Below the pieces are notes generated by a model that saw only the letters and a program-made list of their open reading frames with translations, was not told the origin of the DNA and searched no databases. Made by a program: the position numbers and the translations under genes. This document shows positions 30,320 to 42,467 of a stretch of DNA of 64,000 nt, piece by piece. Location of the stretch: NCBI GenBank assembly GCA_965221905.1, contig OZ244922.1, positions 1,568,001 to 1,632,000 of the forward strand. Reading direction: 5' to 3'. Positions within the stretch are counted from its first letter, which is position 1. Every line of letters begins with the position of its first letter. The DNA is from Chloroflexota bacterium. Lineage in GTDB: Bacteria; Chloroflexota; UBA11872; VXOZ01.

Positions 30320-33300
30320 TTAAGGTGGAATCTGCAGGCGTTGACCGACGGAGATCACGTTGGGATCCGTGATTTGATTGAATTCTGCCAGCGCGGTCAC
30401 GGTGACGCTATATTGTTGTGCGATGGCGGTCAAGGTATCGCCTGCCTGCACCACATACTCTCTAATCGTCGGTGTGGGCACTAGCGATGGCGTAGGCGTT
30501 GGGGTTGGAAGATTACTAGCGCTAGGAGTTGGGACCGCCGTCGGCGGCGGCACGGCCAATATCAGCGGCGTAGGTGAAGGCACCGCAGGAGCCTGTGACG
30601 TGGAACTAGCAGCTACGTGGGTAGACGCCTCGACGGTCTCGGGGTACCAAAGACTGCGCGTGGCAAACGTGACTGCAATGAGCAGTGCGACGGACATGAA
30701 AACAACGCCTCGTGCAAGACCTTGCCCACCCACTAGCGGTGCGCTCGCACCGGCTGGCAGGAGCGGCCACCAGTTCGCTCTAATGGAAGCCGGCCACCAG
30801 TTCGCTTTGCCAACCAGGGTAACAATCCCCGGCACGAGCAACGAGCGCACAACTAACGCGTCGATGAGAATGCCTAGTGCGATAGCTGCACCCATTTGGA
30901 ATAGAAACTGGAGCGGCGCTGCCGTAAGCGCGGCAAAAGTGCCGGCAAGAATCAACCCGGCGGCCGTAATGATCGCGCCTGTACGCGCTGTGGCTATGCG
31001 AACACCTTCGCGCAAGGGCAGCGTCGCGCTCTCCTCGCGAATGCGGTGAACCAAGAAGACATTATAGTCGGCGCCCAGTGCGATGAGCATTACCATTACC
31101 ATCAACGGCAGCAGATAGTAAACCCCTTCGTGCCCGAGTACTCCTTGAAAGAGCAACGTTGAGAGCCCTAAGCTGCTGCCGTACGAAAAGACAACGGTGC
31201 CTACCAAATAAAGTGGAGCCACAAGGCTGCGGAGCAGAATTGCGAGAACGGCGAAGATGCCTACTACCGTAATGATTCCTACTGCCTGCAGGTCCCCGCG
31301 TACCACTCTTTTTATGTCAGCGCTTTCGGCAGTGGCGCCGCCAACGAAAGCACTGGCCGATGCGAGTGGGCCTGGTCGGTCTTGCCGAAGTGTCTCACGT
31401 ATCTTGTCTAGAGTTGAGATTGCTCCCGTACTCAACGGATCTTCCCCGAGAATGACGAAGAAGCGAATTGTGGTCTTGTCTTCTGAGAAGAAGAGGGGAG
31501 CGACAGCCTCCGAAGCTTCCTCAACGCCGGGCAGCGTTCTTGGGATCAAGTATGGGTGTGGATATGTCGAGAAGGCTTCTCGCAAACCGGAAAAGGCTTC
31601 CGCCAGGTCTTTCGTCGCTCCGCCGAGTGGATTCTGCTCGCCTTGTTGCGCGGCCAGGTCGCTTGGTAGGAATGCGGCGTCCGGCCTACCGGCAAAGTAA
31701 CCGGCCAACTGATCAAGTTGCGTGGCAATCCCGCCCGACAGTGCCTGAAACTGAGATTGCTGCGCCAAACGTTGTTGCGCAGAGAGACTGGAAGACGCAG
31801 CCGCGTTCTGCTCAAGTAGCCGGAATTCCTCGAGGAGTTGTGCTGCTTCCCCGTAAGCCGGCTGCGCAATTACATCCGGAAAAGCTTCGAACAATTCCGC
31901 TAGATAGCGGCCTACTGGAGCGAGACCTGTGGCAGGAGTGATCGCTTCTTGGTTTGGCGGAGGCTGGCGCAATTGTTGTGCCATTTGCCGCAACTGTGTG
32001 GTGGGGTGCGCTTGAGTTCGGAGGTCCGCAGCCGCGGTGGAGAAACTCGCGAGCGCTGCCCGTGCCTGGGCAAACTGCGTCCCTTGGGCCACGTCAGGAA
32101 AGGCGGCTGCCAACTCCTCCACGTATCGTTCAATTACGCCTACCTGGCTTACAGCTTCATTAGCTTGTTGTGCAGGTGTCCTTTCTCCGCCGGCCGTGGG
32201 AGCAAGCAGTGAAGCGGAGATTTGGTCAAGTTGCGTGGAAACCCTGAAAGCATCAGTGGTGCCATCGCCAATGGGGTCAAGGATACTGCGAGTCCGGTCT
32301 ACAGAATCCAGTGCCAGAAGTCGGTCTTGCAGCTCAGCAAGAGCGCGCAAGTGCGGGGTCGATGCGAGGTCGGTGCTCTCAGGAAGCTGCAGCAGCACCA
32401 CTGCAGGCGCGAACTCTCCTTGCGGGAAGTGCTCTGCAATGGCATCAAAGCCTTGGCGTGAATCCGTAGTATTCGGCAGGGAACCGACCACAGAAAGATT
32501 CTCGCGATACTGCAGCAGTCCCAGGTAAGGAATTGCCAGAAGCACGCTGATGACTATTACAGGAATTAGCGGGCGGATGGCAACCAGATTGCTTACTTTT
32601 ACCCAGAAGGCAGACGGTTGTGTGTTTTCGACGCTTGTCTTCCGCGGCCAGAAGAGATGACGACCAAAGAGGGAGAGCAAAGCCGGCGTAAGCGTAAGCC
32701 CGGCGAGCAGCGTGATACCAACGGCAACCGCCAGACCGGGTCCCATAGTTTTCACGAGGCCGAAGCGCGCAAACCCAAGTGCGGAAAGACCGACCATCGT
32801 GGTTATGGCGCTGGCAAAAATTACTGCTCCGATGCGCTGAACGGAGCGTACCGCCGCTTCATAGGCAGAATGGTGCGCCAGTTCTTCACGAAAACGGGAG
32901 ATGAAGAAGAGGGAATAGTCGGTGCCGGCGCCGAAAACAAGCACCACCATGTAGGTGTCAAGTAGGGAGGAGATTTGCCATCCCGCCTCTGTTAGGTATC
33001 CGAGAACGCCCCGTGACACGAGGTAGGCAAGCGTAATGGTGATGAGGGGAATGAGGACGGCAAGTGGTGAACGATAGATGATGAAGAGCAGGGCGATTAC
33101 GAGAATGACCGTAACGATGGTTGTGCGTTCCGTGCTCTCGACGATGCTATCCACCAGGTCTGTGCCCAGGCCGGCCTCGCCGGTAAAGTGCACGGCTAGG
33201 CCGTCGGGTTTGCCTTGCTCCACCCGCTCTCGGATGACATATGTTGCCTCGTCCACCACCGGCTGAAATGCCTCAACGGTCAGGTTCACCTTCATGAGCA

Positions 33301-33688
33301 TGGCAGCACTATCGGGGCTGACTAGCGTGTTTTCCTGCTCCGGGTGACTGAAGACGGAGACCACGTCTTGCACAATGGCCGGGCCCTCGGGAGAGAGCAG
33401 CCAGTTGTGGATGGCTTCGGCGAATCCGCGGTCCGCCGCGGTGAGCCCGCCCTCACGTGTGAGAATCAGCAGACCGGTGCTAGCGCTGCCGCTGGCAGCG
33501 AATTTCTCGGCTTCCAACGTGCGGGCGGCAATAGAATTAGCAGCAGCAGGAAGAAAGCTCGTCTGATTGGAAGAAGCGACTTCGCTAATGGATGGGGCAG
33601 TGAGGCCAAGGAAGAGCGCCAGAGCGATCCACAGCAGGAGAATTGGAATGCGAAGGGGCACGACTAGATGCCCAAACCTACGGAACAT
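30320..33688 (-). CDS. MMPL-family (RND) transporter fused to a C-terminal LysM domain
   Basis: Two MMPL halves (GAGTDYSLF..RFREE; GADYNVF..RIREE), extra TM, P/T linker, YVVQAGDTLTAIA..YSVT..ALAEFNQI.DPN.I.VGQRLQIP. Confidence 0.9.
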   Translation of the reverse strand: MFRRFGHLVVPLRIPILLLWIALALFLGLTAPSISEVASSNQTSFLPAAANSIAARTLEAEKFAASGSASTGLLILTREGGLTAADRGFAEAIHNWLLSPEGPAIVQDVVSVFSHPEQENTLVSPDSAAMLMKVNLTVEAFQPVVDEATYVIRERVEQGKPDGLAVHFTGEAGLGTDLVDSIVESTERTTIVTVILVIALLFIIYRSPLAVLIPLITITLAYLVSRGVLGYLTEAGWQISSLLDTYMVVLVFGAGTDYSLFFISRFREELAHHSAYEAAVRSVQRIGAVIFASAITTMVGLSALGFARFGLVKTMGPGLAVAVGITLLAGLTLTPALLSLFGRHLFWPRKTSVENTQPSAFWVKVSNLVAIRPLIPVIVISVLLAIPYLGLLQYRENLSVVGSLPNTTDSRQGFDAIAEHFPQGEFAPAVVLLQLPESTDLASTPHLRALAELQDRLLALDSVDRTRSILDPIGDGTTDAFRVSTQLDQISASLLAPTAGGERTPAQQANEAVSQVGVIERYVEELAAAFPDVAQGTQFAQARAALASFSTAAADLRTQAHPTTQLRQMAQQLRQPPPNQEAITPATGLAPVGRYLAELFEAFPDVIAQPAYGEAAQLLEEFRLLEQNAAASSSLSAQQRLAQQSQFQALSGGIATQLDQLAGYFAGRPDAAFLPSDLAAQQGEQNPLGGATKDLAEAFSGLREAFSTYPHPYLIPRTLPGVEEASEAVAPLFFSEDKTTIRFFVILGEDPLSTGAISTLDKIRETLRQDRPGPLASASAFVGGATAESADIKRVVRGDLQAVGIITVVGIFAVLAILLRSLVAPLYLVGTVVFSYGSSLGLSTLLFQGVLGHEGVYYLLPLMVMVMLIALGADYNVFLVHRIREESATLPLREGVRIATARTGAIITAAGLILAGTFAALTAAPLQFLFQMGAAIALGILIDALVVRSLLVPGIVTLVGKANWWPASIRANWWPLLPAGASAPLVGGQGLARGVVFMSVALLIAVTFATRSLWYPETVEASTHVAASSTSQAPAVPSPTPLILAVPPPTAVPTPSASNLPTPTPTPSLVPTPTIREYVVQAGDTLTAIAQQYSVTVTALAEFNQITDPNVISVGQRLQIPP

Positions 33689-34145
33689 CAAGTCACACTA
33701 GCAGCGGCGGGTGCAAAGAGGATTGTTATTCTGCATTCTCCTAATCCGGATCGTATTCGAGGCGAGAGATAATTCCCTCTAAGAATCATTGTACAATCAG
33801 ATTATTAGGCCCACAACTGCTTGTATTCCTTATGAATTGCAGTACGCGCCGTCGAAGACAATCGCATTCGTGTGATCATGAGACAGGGCGGCAGCACTCG
33901 CAGTGTGCAAACGCAATAATCTGGTTGCTAAGGATCACGGTGCCTAGTTTCAAGCTTGTACTCTAATGTGCTGCTCGGCAATGCCGTTGACTTCTGACTC
34001 TGTAACGGGTTTCATGTTGAAGATAGGCGTTTCCGGCGCAAGGCAATTGCGCAAGGGGACAAACAAACGGAGTTAGTAGGTTTGGACTTGGGCGGCGCAG
34101 ATATGCGATGGATGACCGTACCCGCGCGCAAGCAGTTCCTAGATC

Positions 34146-34239
34146 TGTCATTCTGAGGAGCGCAGCGACGAAGTATCTCGTGTATACCGGATTCCAGATT
34201 CCTCGAACTCTGGTTCGCCGCTGCCCGCTCGGAATGACA
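34146..34239. repeat. Inverted REP pair (REPIN), TGTCATTCTGAG family
   Basis: TGTCATTCTGAGGAGCGCAGCGACGAAG...AGATTCCTCG...GCTCGGAATGACA; second copy at 56786. Confidence 0.7.
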
Positions 34240-34324
34240 TGAATTCTGGCCCAATGATGGATCAAGTCCAAGTCTACTAATTTTAAAAACAAAACACGGA
34301 AAGTGAGAGGGGTAAAGGAACACC

Positions 34325-35140
34325 ATGAAGAAGGGTCTCAACCGTGGAGCATTGCCGCAGGATTGGCAACCTACGCAAATTCTCGATACGGCTAAGGAAG
34401 CGGGTTTCGACGGTGTGGAGCTGACGTTTGGCAGTGAAGGATCCTTGCACGTCAACCTCACCAATGACGAGTTGGGCGCAATTCGGAAACATGCGGAGTC
34501 CATCGGGCTTGAGTTACCGAGTACCTATACCAGCTTGAATTGGCAGGTGCTCATGACGTCTGCCGACCCGGACGTACGTGAGAATGCGGCGCGCATCAAC
34601 GAGCGAATGCTGGAGGTGGCGCATGAGATTGGTGCGAACACGCTGCTGATTGTGCCGGGAGTGGTTGATGAAAACACCGCCTACGACGATGCGTATAACC
34701 GGGCGCGCGACGGAATTGCGGGTCTTGTTCCAAAGGCAAGAAGCCTGGGCGTGTCGATCGGGATAGAGAACGTCTGGAATAAGTTTTTGCTCAGTCCGCT
34801 TGAGTTCGCCCGCTTCGTGGACGAGATCAATGACCCACACGTAGGCGCCTACTTTGACGTGGGTAACATCCTTGCTTATGGCTATCCGGAACAATGGATT
34901 CGGATACTTGGCAAGCGCATCAAGAAGTGCCACGTCAAGGACTTTGTCGTGCAGGGCCCCGGGGGGCACTTTGTGCCACTTTTGGAAGGCTCGGTTGACT
35001 GGACGGCCGTGCGCCAGGCGTGGCGCGAGATCGGCTACGAGGACTATGTCACCGTAGAGCTTGGGCCTTTACGCCACAATCCGGCACTGGGCGCGCGTAT
35101 AATGGCTGAATCCTTGGATACGATCTTCGGCTTAGGCTAA
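34325..35140 (+). CDS. Sugar phosphate isomerase/epimerase (AP endonuclease 2 TIM barrel)
   Basis: AGFDGVEL, IENVWNKFLLSP, YFDVGN, HVKDF, VTVE. Confidence 0.9.
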   Translation: MKKGLNRGALPQDWQPTQILDTAKEAGFDGVELTFGSEGSLHVNLTNDELGAIRKHAESIGLELPSTYTSLNWQVLMTSADPDVRENAARINERMLEVAHEIGANTLLIVPGVVDENTAYDDAYNRARDGIAGLVPKARSLGVSIGIENVWNKFLLSPLEFARFVDEINDPHVGAYFDVGNILAYGYPEQWIRILGKRIKKCHVKDFVVQGPGGHFVPLLEGSVDWTAVRQAWREIGYEDYVTVELGPLRHNPALGARIMAESLDTIFGLG

Positions 35141-35403
35141 AAAGGAATTGCGGTCAATCTGGAAGTCTCTTTCACTCCCAAGCAGGTTGTTTTCGACCGA
35201 CATCGGCGAATTTGCCGCAGGCGGTTTGTTCCGCAAGACTTGGTACGGGCAAGCTTCCCCACTCTCCGGGGAGAGGGTGCGACCTGTGTTCCGACCATGC
35301 AGGACGGTGCATCTAGGCGCTATGCAAGGAACGCGGGGACGCATATGCAGAGTTGTTGCAAGGTCAACAAAGAGGCCGAACTGCAATTGGGTTGTCTGCT
35401 CCG

Positions 35404-36354
35404 CTATGGGGCCACGACGCCGAGGGAGCGGTAGAAGCTGTAACGACGCTCCATCAGTGTGTTTAGCGGAAGCTCTTGCAGCGCGCCTAGCTCTTCCACG
35501 AGGGTAGTCTTCAGTGCCCGCGCCGCGCCGCGCGGGTCCACGTGTGCGCCGCCGGTCGGTTCGGGAACGACCCGGTGGATGATGCCGAGTTCTGCAAGAT
35601 CGTGGGCAAAGGGCTTCAAGGAACCGGCCGCTTCCGGCGCGAACTTTGCGTCTTTCCAGACTATCGAAGCTGCTCCCTCCGGTGAAGCTACCGAATAAAT
35701 GCTGTATTGAAGCATAAGCACGCGGTCGCCTATCCCCAGCGCTAATGCCCCGCCACTGCCGCCCTCTCCAATGACGGTGACGATGATTGGCGTCCGCAAC
35801 CGGCTCATCGTTAGCAAGTTTTCGGCAATCGCCCACGCCTGGCCGCGCTCCTCATCGGCGAGGAAGGGGCTAGCGCCGGGGATGTCGAGGAAGGTGAAGA
35901 GCGGCAACCGAAATTTCTCTGCCTGCAGCATGAGTCGCCGTGCCTTGCGGAAGCCCTCGGGGTGCGCCATGCCGAAGTTGCGCTGCTGGTTGTCCTTTGC
36001 ATCCTTACCTTTCTGATGGCCTACCACCATGACCGGTGTGCCTTCAAGGCGAGCCGGCCCGCCGACTACCGCCAAATCGTCACCGAAGTGGCGGTCGCCG
36101 TGAAGTTCTACAAATTCGGTGAAGGCATGGCGGATAAAGTCCAGGGTGCGCGGGCGCTGGGGGTGCCGCGCAAGCTGCACCCGTTCCCACGGCGAGAGAC
36201 TTGCAAACACATCCTCGGTCTGACGCGCTAGCTCCGTGCGGAGCGTTTGCAACTCCTGCGCTGCGTCATCCGGAGCACCGTTCTTGATTTCAAACTCCAT
36301 CGAGTCGATGCGCTCACGCAGGTGGACTAGTGCTTGTTCGAATTCGTACGCCAT
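35404..36354 (-). CDS. accA: Acetyl-CoA carboxylase carboxyltransferase alpha
   Basis: ARHPQRP, ELHGDRHFGDD, NFGM..PEGFRKA, GEGGSGGAL, YSVASPEG. Confidence 0.97.
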   Translation of the reverse strand: MAYEFEQALVHLRERIDSMEFEIKNGAPDDAAQELQTLRTELARQTEDVFASLSPWERVQLARHPQRPRTLDFIRHAFTEFVELHGDRHFGDDLAVVGGPARLEGTPVMVVGHQKGKDAKDNQQRNFGMAHPEGFRKARRLMLQAEKFRLPLFTFLDIPGASPFLADEERGQAWAIAENLLTMSRLRTPIIVTVIGEGGSGGALALGIGDRVLMLQYSIYSVASPEGAASIVWKDAKFAPEAAGSLKPFAHDLAELGIIHRVVPEPTGGAHVDPRGAARALKTTLVEELGALQELPLNTLMERRYSFYRSLGVVAP

Positions 36355-36356
36355 AG

Positions 36357-37265
36357 TTAGGTCACAGTCTCTGCTTGCGGCACACCGTCGGTGCGGGGAT
36401 CCGGTGCATGGGGGGCGTAAAGGCCGATCAAACGGGCGACCGTGCGCCGCAGATCGCTGCGCGGCACGATACAGTCCACCATACCGCGCGTGAGCATGAA
36501 TTCGGCGGAGTGAGTCCCGGCGGGCAGCTTGGCGTGGGTGATCTGCTCAATGAGGCGCGGGCCGGTGAAACCAATCGTGGCTTGTGGTTCGGCGACTATC
36601 ACGTCGGCGAGCGTGGCGAAACTGGCGGTGACGCCAGCGAGCGTGGGGTCGGTGAGTATTGAGACGTAGAGCACGCGGGCCTCATGCAGTCGCGTTAAGG
36701 CGGCAGAAGTCTTAGCCATCTGCATCAACGAGAACATGCCTTCTTCCATGCGCGCGCCTGCCGACGCTGCAACTATGATGAGCGGTGTGCGCGTTTCAGT
36801 GGCAAGCTCGATGGCGCGGGTGATCTTCTCGCCGACCACCGAACCCATGGTAGCCATGAAGAAGTTCGTGTCTATGACGGCCAGCACTACGTCCTCGCCG
36901 CGAATCGAGCCGGTGCCGTAGATGACTGATTCCGGTATGCCGGCTTTGTCTGCTTCGTCCTCAAGCTTTTGATCGTAGCTGCGATCGGGTCTCTCAAAGT
37001 CTAGTATGTCCTGCGAGCGCATGGCGCTGTCGCGCTCGGCAAACGTATCCGGATCGAGGAGAAACTCCACGCGCTTGCGGGCGCTCAGTCGTGCGTGGTG
37101 GTCGCACTTCGGGCAGACGTGCGCATTCTGCTCAAATTCAGCAGCATAGATCATCTCGCCGCAGCCTGCGCACTTTTCCCAAAGTTCATCAGGCACGTCC
37201 GGCTGCCGCTGCCGCCCGGGCAGGAAGCCGAACCGCCGTTCTTGATTGCTGAATAATTTCCGCAT
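36357..37265 (-). CDS. accD: Acetyl-CoA carboxylase carboxyltransferase beta
   Basis: LWEKC..C / CPKC zinc finger, MGSVVGEK, GARMEEG..SLMQMAK, DPT.AGV.ASFA. Confidence 0.97.
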   Translation of the reverse strand: MRKLFSNQERRFGFLPGRQRQPDVPDELWEKCAGCGEMIYAAEFEQNAHVCPKCDHHARLSARKRVEFLLDPDTFAERDSAMRSQDILDFERPDRSYDQKLEDEADKAGIPESVIYGTGSIRGEDVVLAVIDTNFFMATMGSVVGEKITRAIELATETRTPLIIVAASAGARMEEGMFSLMQMAKTSAALTRLHEARVLYVSILTDPTLAGVTASFATLADVIVAEPQATIGFTGPRLIEQITHAKLPAGTHSAEFMLTRGMVDCIVPRSDLRRTVARLIGLYAPHAPDPRTDGVPQAETVT

Positions 37266-37516
37266 AAACCGGCTTAGTCGTTAAGTAATAGGGGGACTCC
37301 ACAGACATTATACCAATGGCACGACTGTGGGTATATGCCTGGGGTTGTGACCGGTTTATAGATCGCTGGAATGCACGGCAGCCGAGATTCACAGACCGTT
37401 GTGGCAGGGCATGTAGTCGAAGTTGCAACTAAACTTCAATGATATTGACTATATTCCTGCCAAGGTGGTAGGGTTATGTCGGTAGTAAGATTGACCCTTT
37501 ATTAAGGAGGGGCACA

Positions 37517-38908
37517 GTGAAAACAGCGCACGTTTCGCGACGCAGTTTCTTAGCGGGAACTGGGATTGGCGCCGCAACGCTCTTTGCGGCGGCTTGCGGT
37601 GTTCAGCCGGCAGCAGCACCGGAGGCAGCGGAACCGGAAGCAGAGGCGGAAGAGCCCAAGGCCATGATGGAGCCGGGAGCGGTCGAAGGTGTGGTGACGG
37701 TCTGGAGTCCCACCAAGTACGACTTTGGCACCGACACCGGCGGCGAGATCTCAAATGCATTTCGTGAGGCATACGACAACAAGGTCCGCGTAGTGGGCTC
37801 TACGCCGGCAAGTTTGTGGAATACCGTAATGACCGCGGCCGCGGCCGGCGCTTCGCCGGACGTTGCCTCCGGTGGCGACTGGTTCTCACCGGAGTGGGGG
37901 CTCACCGGTGTGGCAACCGACCTCTTGCCGCGCGTCAAGGCCTCCAAGCTGGATATGAACGAACTCTGGGAATCTCTCTTCCAAGAGAATTACTGGGATG
38001 GCAAGCTGTACGGCTTCACCTATTCTCCCGACCTGCGCGTAATGTACATTCGGTCGGAGAGCTATCTGGAAGCTGGGCTTGATCCGGAGAATCCGCCCCA
38101 GTATTGGGACGAGATGGAAGAGGTGGTGGTCAAGACATCCAAGCAAGATGCTGGCGGCGTGCTTACCGTCTCCGGCTATGCGCCGTTCTGGGGCAGCGGC
38201 GGCCACAACGAGTGGATCGTTCCCCTAACGCAGCTCGGAGGCTCGCGCTTTAGCGATGACCGCTGGACGGTCACGATCAATAGCCCGGAGGCCGTGGAGG
38301 CGCTCACGTGGCTGAAGAAGATATTTGATCTCCAGGGCGGCTGGGACAACGTCAAGCAACTCAGAGGCAAGGGCATTCGGTCCAACGTGCACTTCAATGA
38401 CGGCCGTATCGCCAACTACTGGGCGACGTATGCTGAGCGTGGCGAGTGGCTGCGGGTCAACGCGCCGGACCTCTCCTTCCACTTCATGACGTATCCGCGC
38501 CCGCGTTCCACCGATAAGCACGCAACCTGGGGCGGTACGCATACGTGGCACATTGGCAATAGCGCCTCCAACCCGGACGGCGGCTGGGCATTCATTGAGT
38601 TTGGTGCCCGACCCGAATGGAACCTGAAGTTCTGCAAGCGCTTCGACCGCATTCCGATCCGCATTGACGTGACCCATTCGGAGGAGTTTCACGAGAACGA
38701 TCCGTTCTTGCTGACGCAGAACGCGATGATTCCACACCGCGTGGGCAACGTTGGTATTCCCGGCGCAGAGGCCTTGCGCCGACGCTGGCGAATTCCGTTG
38801 GTCGACGACGTGACCTCGGGCAAGTTGACGCCGCAGGAAGGCTTGGCGGCAGCCGAGCACGACATGCAGGCCATACTTGACGAATGGAAAGCCCGCATCG
38901 ACGGCTAG
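37517..38908 (+). CDS. Extracellular sugar-type solute-binding lipoprotein, Tat signal
   Basis: AAGGAGG RBS, SRRSFL, AACG lipobox, PD motif, DGKLYG, INSPEAVEAL. Confidence 0.9.
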   Translation: MKTAHVSRRSFLAGTGIGAATLFAAACGVQPAAAPEAAEPEAEAEEPKAMMEPGAVEGVVTVWSPTKYDFGTDTGGEISNAFREAYDNKVRVVGSTPASLWNTVMTAAAAGASPDVASGGDWFSPEWGLTGVATDLLPRVKASKLDMNELWESLFQENYWDGKLYGFTYSPDLRVMYIRSESYLEAGLDPENPPQYWDEMEEVVVKTSKQDAGGVLTVSGYAPFWGSGGHNEWIVPLTQLGGSRFSDDRWTVTINSPEAVEALTWLKKIFDLQGGWDNVKQLRGKGIRSNVHFNDGRIANYWATYAERGEWLRVNAPDLSFHFMTYPRPRSTDKHATWGGTHTWHIGNSASNPDGGWAFIEFGARPEWNLKFCKRFDRIPIRIDVTHSEEFHENDPFLLTQNAMIPHRVGNVGIPGAEALRRRWRIPLVDDVTSGKLTPQEGLAAAEHDMQAILDEWKARIDG

Positions 38909-38944
38909 CCCTAGGGCCTTCATAACGCATGTCGTTTGCGTTTT

Positions 38945-38980
38945 CCACCCGCCTTGTAATTTGCAGGGCGGGTGGTTTCT
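38945..38980 (+). terminator. Rho-independent terminator
   Basis: CCACCCGCCTTGTAA/TTGCAGGGCGGGTGG followed by TTTCTT. Confidence 0.7.
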
Positions 38981-39265
38981 TGTAGAGTGCTTATATCCGG
39001 CGTGCTGGATCCTTACAGGATTACGTTGCAAGGATGCGCGATGAATAGCGGCAGCGTATCATTGTGCTTAGAATCCGCCTCGAAAGAAAGTTGACCTGGA
39101 GAGTCCCTCCCTTTGACACGCTCCAGGTGTGAGTCGCGCTAAAGACCGTTCGTGCTGAGCCTGTTGGAGCACGAGTTGGTACGCCGCGCTGAACTATGAA
39201 GCGGGTTCTAGTAAACTGTGAACAACGCGGCTGACGCCTAATGAACATGCTGGAGGAGAGCAATA

Positions 39266-39988
39266 ATGGCGCTTTCTGACGATCAAATTAAGCTCTTTCG
39301 TCACAATGGATTCCTGCGGCTGCCGGGGCGGCTGCCCGACGAGACGGTGGCGCAACTCAAAAAGACCATTCTCAAAGACGTTGAAAATGTGGTCGAACCG
39401 GTGGTGCGCGACAAGAATGGGGACGTGATCCGACTTTCCCAAGTACTTGATCGGGATCCGATATTCAAAGAGATCGCGACCAGTTCGCTCGTGCTCGACT
39501 CATTGGAGTCACTGCTGGGGCCAAACATCGAGCTCATCACAAATCGGCACAACCATGCCACGCTCAACCCGCCGTCTCGCGGCTACACGGGCCTGCACCG
39601 CGACGTACTCCAGTGGTCACGCGACATCGTGACGGTGATTTTCTATTTGGAAGAAGCCACGGTTGAAAACGGCTGTACGCACGCCGTTCCCGGTACGCAC
39701 CTCTTCAATTGGATTCAGAATCCCGGCACGAAGACGAGCGTCGAGAGCGTCATCACCGATGAAATCCGCCAACAAGAAATTCCGCTGCCGAGTCCGGCCG
39801 GGGGCCTGGCCGTTATCGACAGCCAGATATTTCACCGCGTAGGCACAAATCTATCCACAGGCACACGCACGAGCATGACCATGGGCTATGTGAGTGTGGA
39901 TGAACTCGCCGGGGTAAAGGACCCCTATCGGATACAGGTGCGGGGAACGGTAGCATATGGCGGCAATGTTGCGCGCAGTATGATGTAA
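39266..39988 (+). CDS. PhyH family dioxygenase, divergent third member
   Basis: LSDDQI..F..NGFL, LHRD, ENGC..VPGTH, FH..GTN..R. Confidence 0.88.
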   Translation: MALSDDQIKLFRHNGFLRLPGRLPDETVAQLKKTILKDVENVVEPVVRDKNGDVIRLSQVLDRDPIFKEIATSSLVLDSLESLLGPNIELITNRHNHATLNPPSRGYTGLHRDVLQWSRDIVTVIFYLEEATVENGCTHAVPGTHLFNWIQNPGTKTSVESVITDEIRQQEIPLPSPAGGLAVIDSQIFHRVGTNLSTGTRTSMTMGYVSVDELAGVKDPYRIQVRGTVAYGGNVARSMM

Positions 39989-40118
39989 TCCCTCAGATAT
40001 GCACGCTGTGATTCACCTGTAGATTGGCTGAACGCTGGCAAGAAGTGACTTACCGCTTGCGCTGAAATGACGGCGATAGGCGTCGCCAGAATGCGGTGAT
40101 CGGGTCTAGCCATTGGAT

Positions 40119-40146
40119 GTAGGGGCACGACATGTCGTGCCCCTAC
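40119..40146. repeat. GTAG-type REP, perfect 28-bp palindrome
   Basis: GTAGGGGCACGACATGTCGTGCCCCTAC between convergent genes. Confidence 0.75.
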
Positions 40147-40188
40147 GGTGTTCCTACGGCCAGTCATGGGTTGGCCGTATTTCCGGCG

Positions 40189-42225
<2,037 letters not shown>

Positions 42226-42467
42226 CAGACCCTCTTCAGTGGTTTAGAAAGTGTGCCGGGCAGAAGATCGTTTCCTGGCGCTCCGCAGGTTGTCAGCAAT
42301 CATCTACTGCGCTACCTGCTCAAGTTCCTTACCATCGTGACAGATGGTTGCACGTGCAGCAAGCGCGAGAGGGGCGGGCATGTTCTTGGTGAAAGGAGAA
42401 ACGAACTATTCGTTCGCTTGCCATTAGGCGGGAGTATAATGAAAGAAAGTGCAGGGGAGGAGCGACG

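Noticed and set aside
33963-34503. Minus-strand ORFs over the MMPL-epimerase intergenic region
   Set aside because: They translate the REPIN and the antisense of the epimerase
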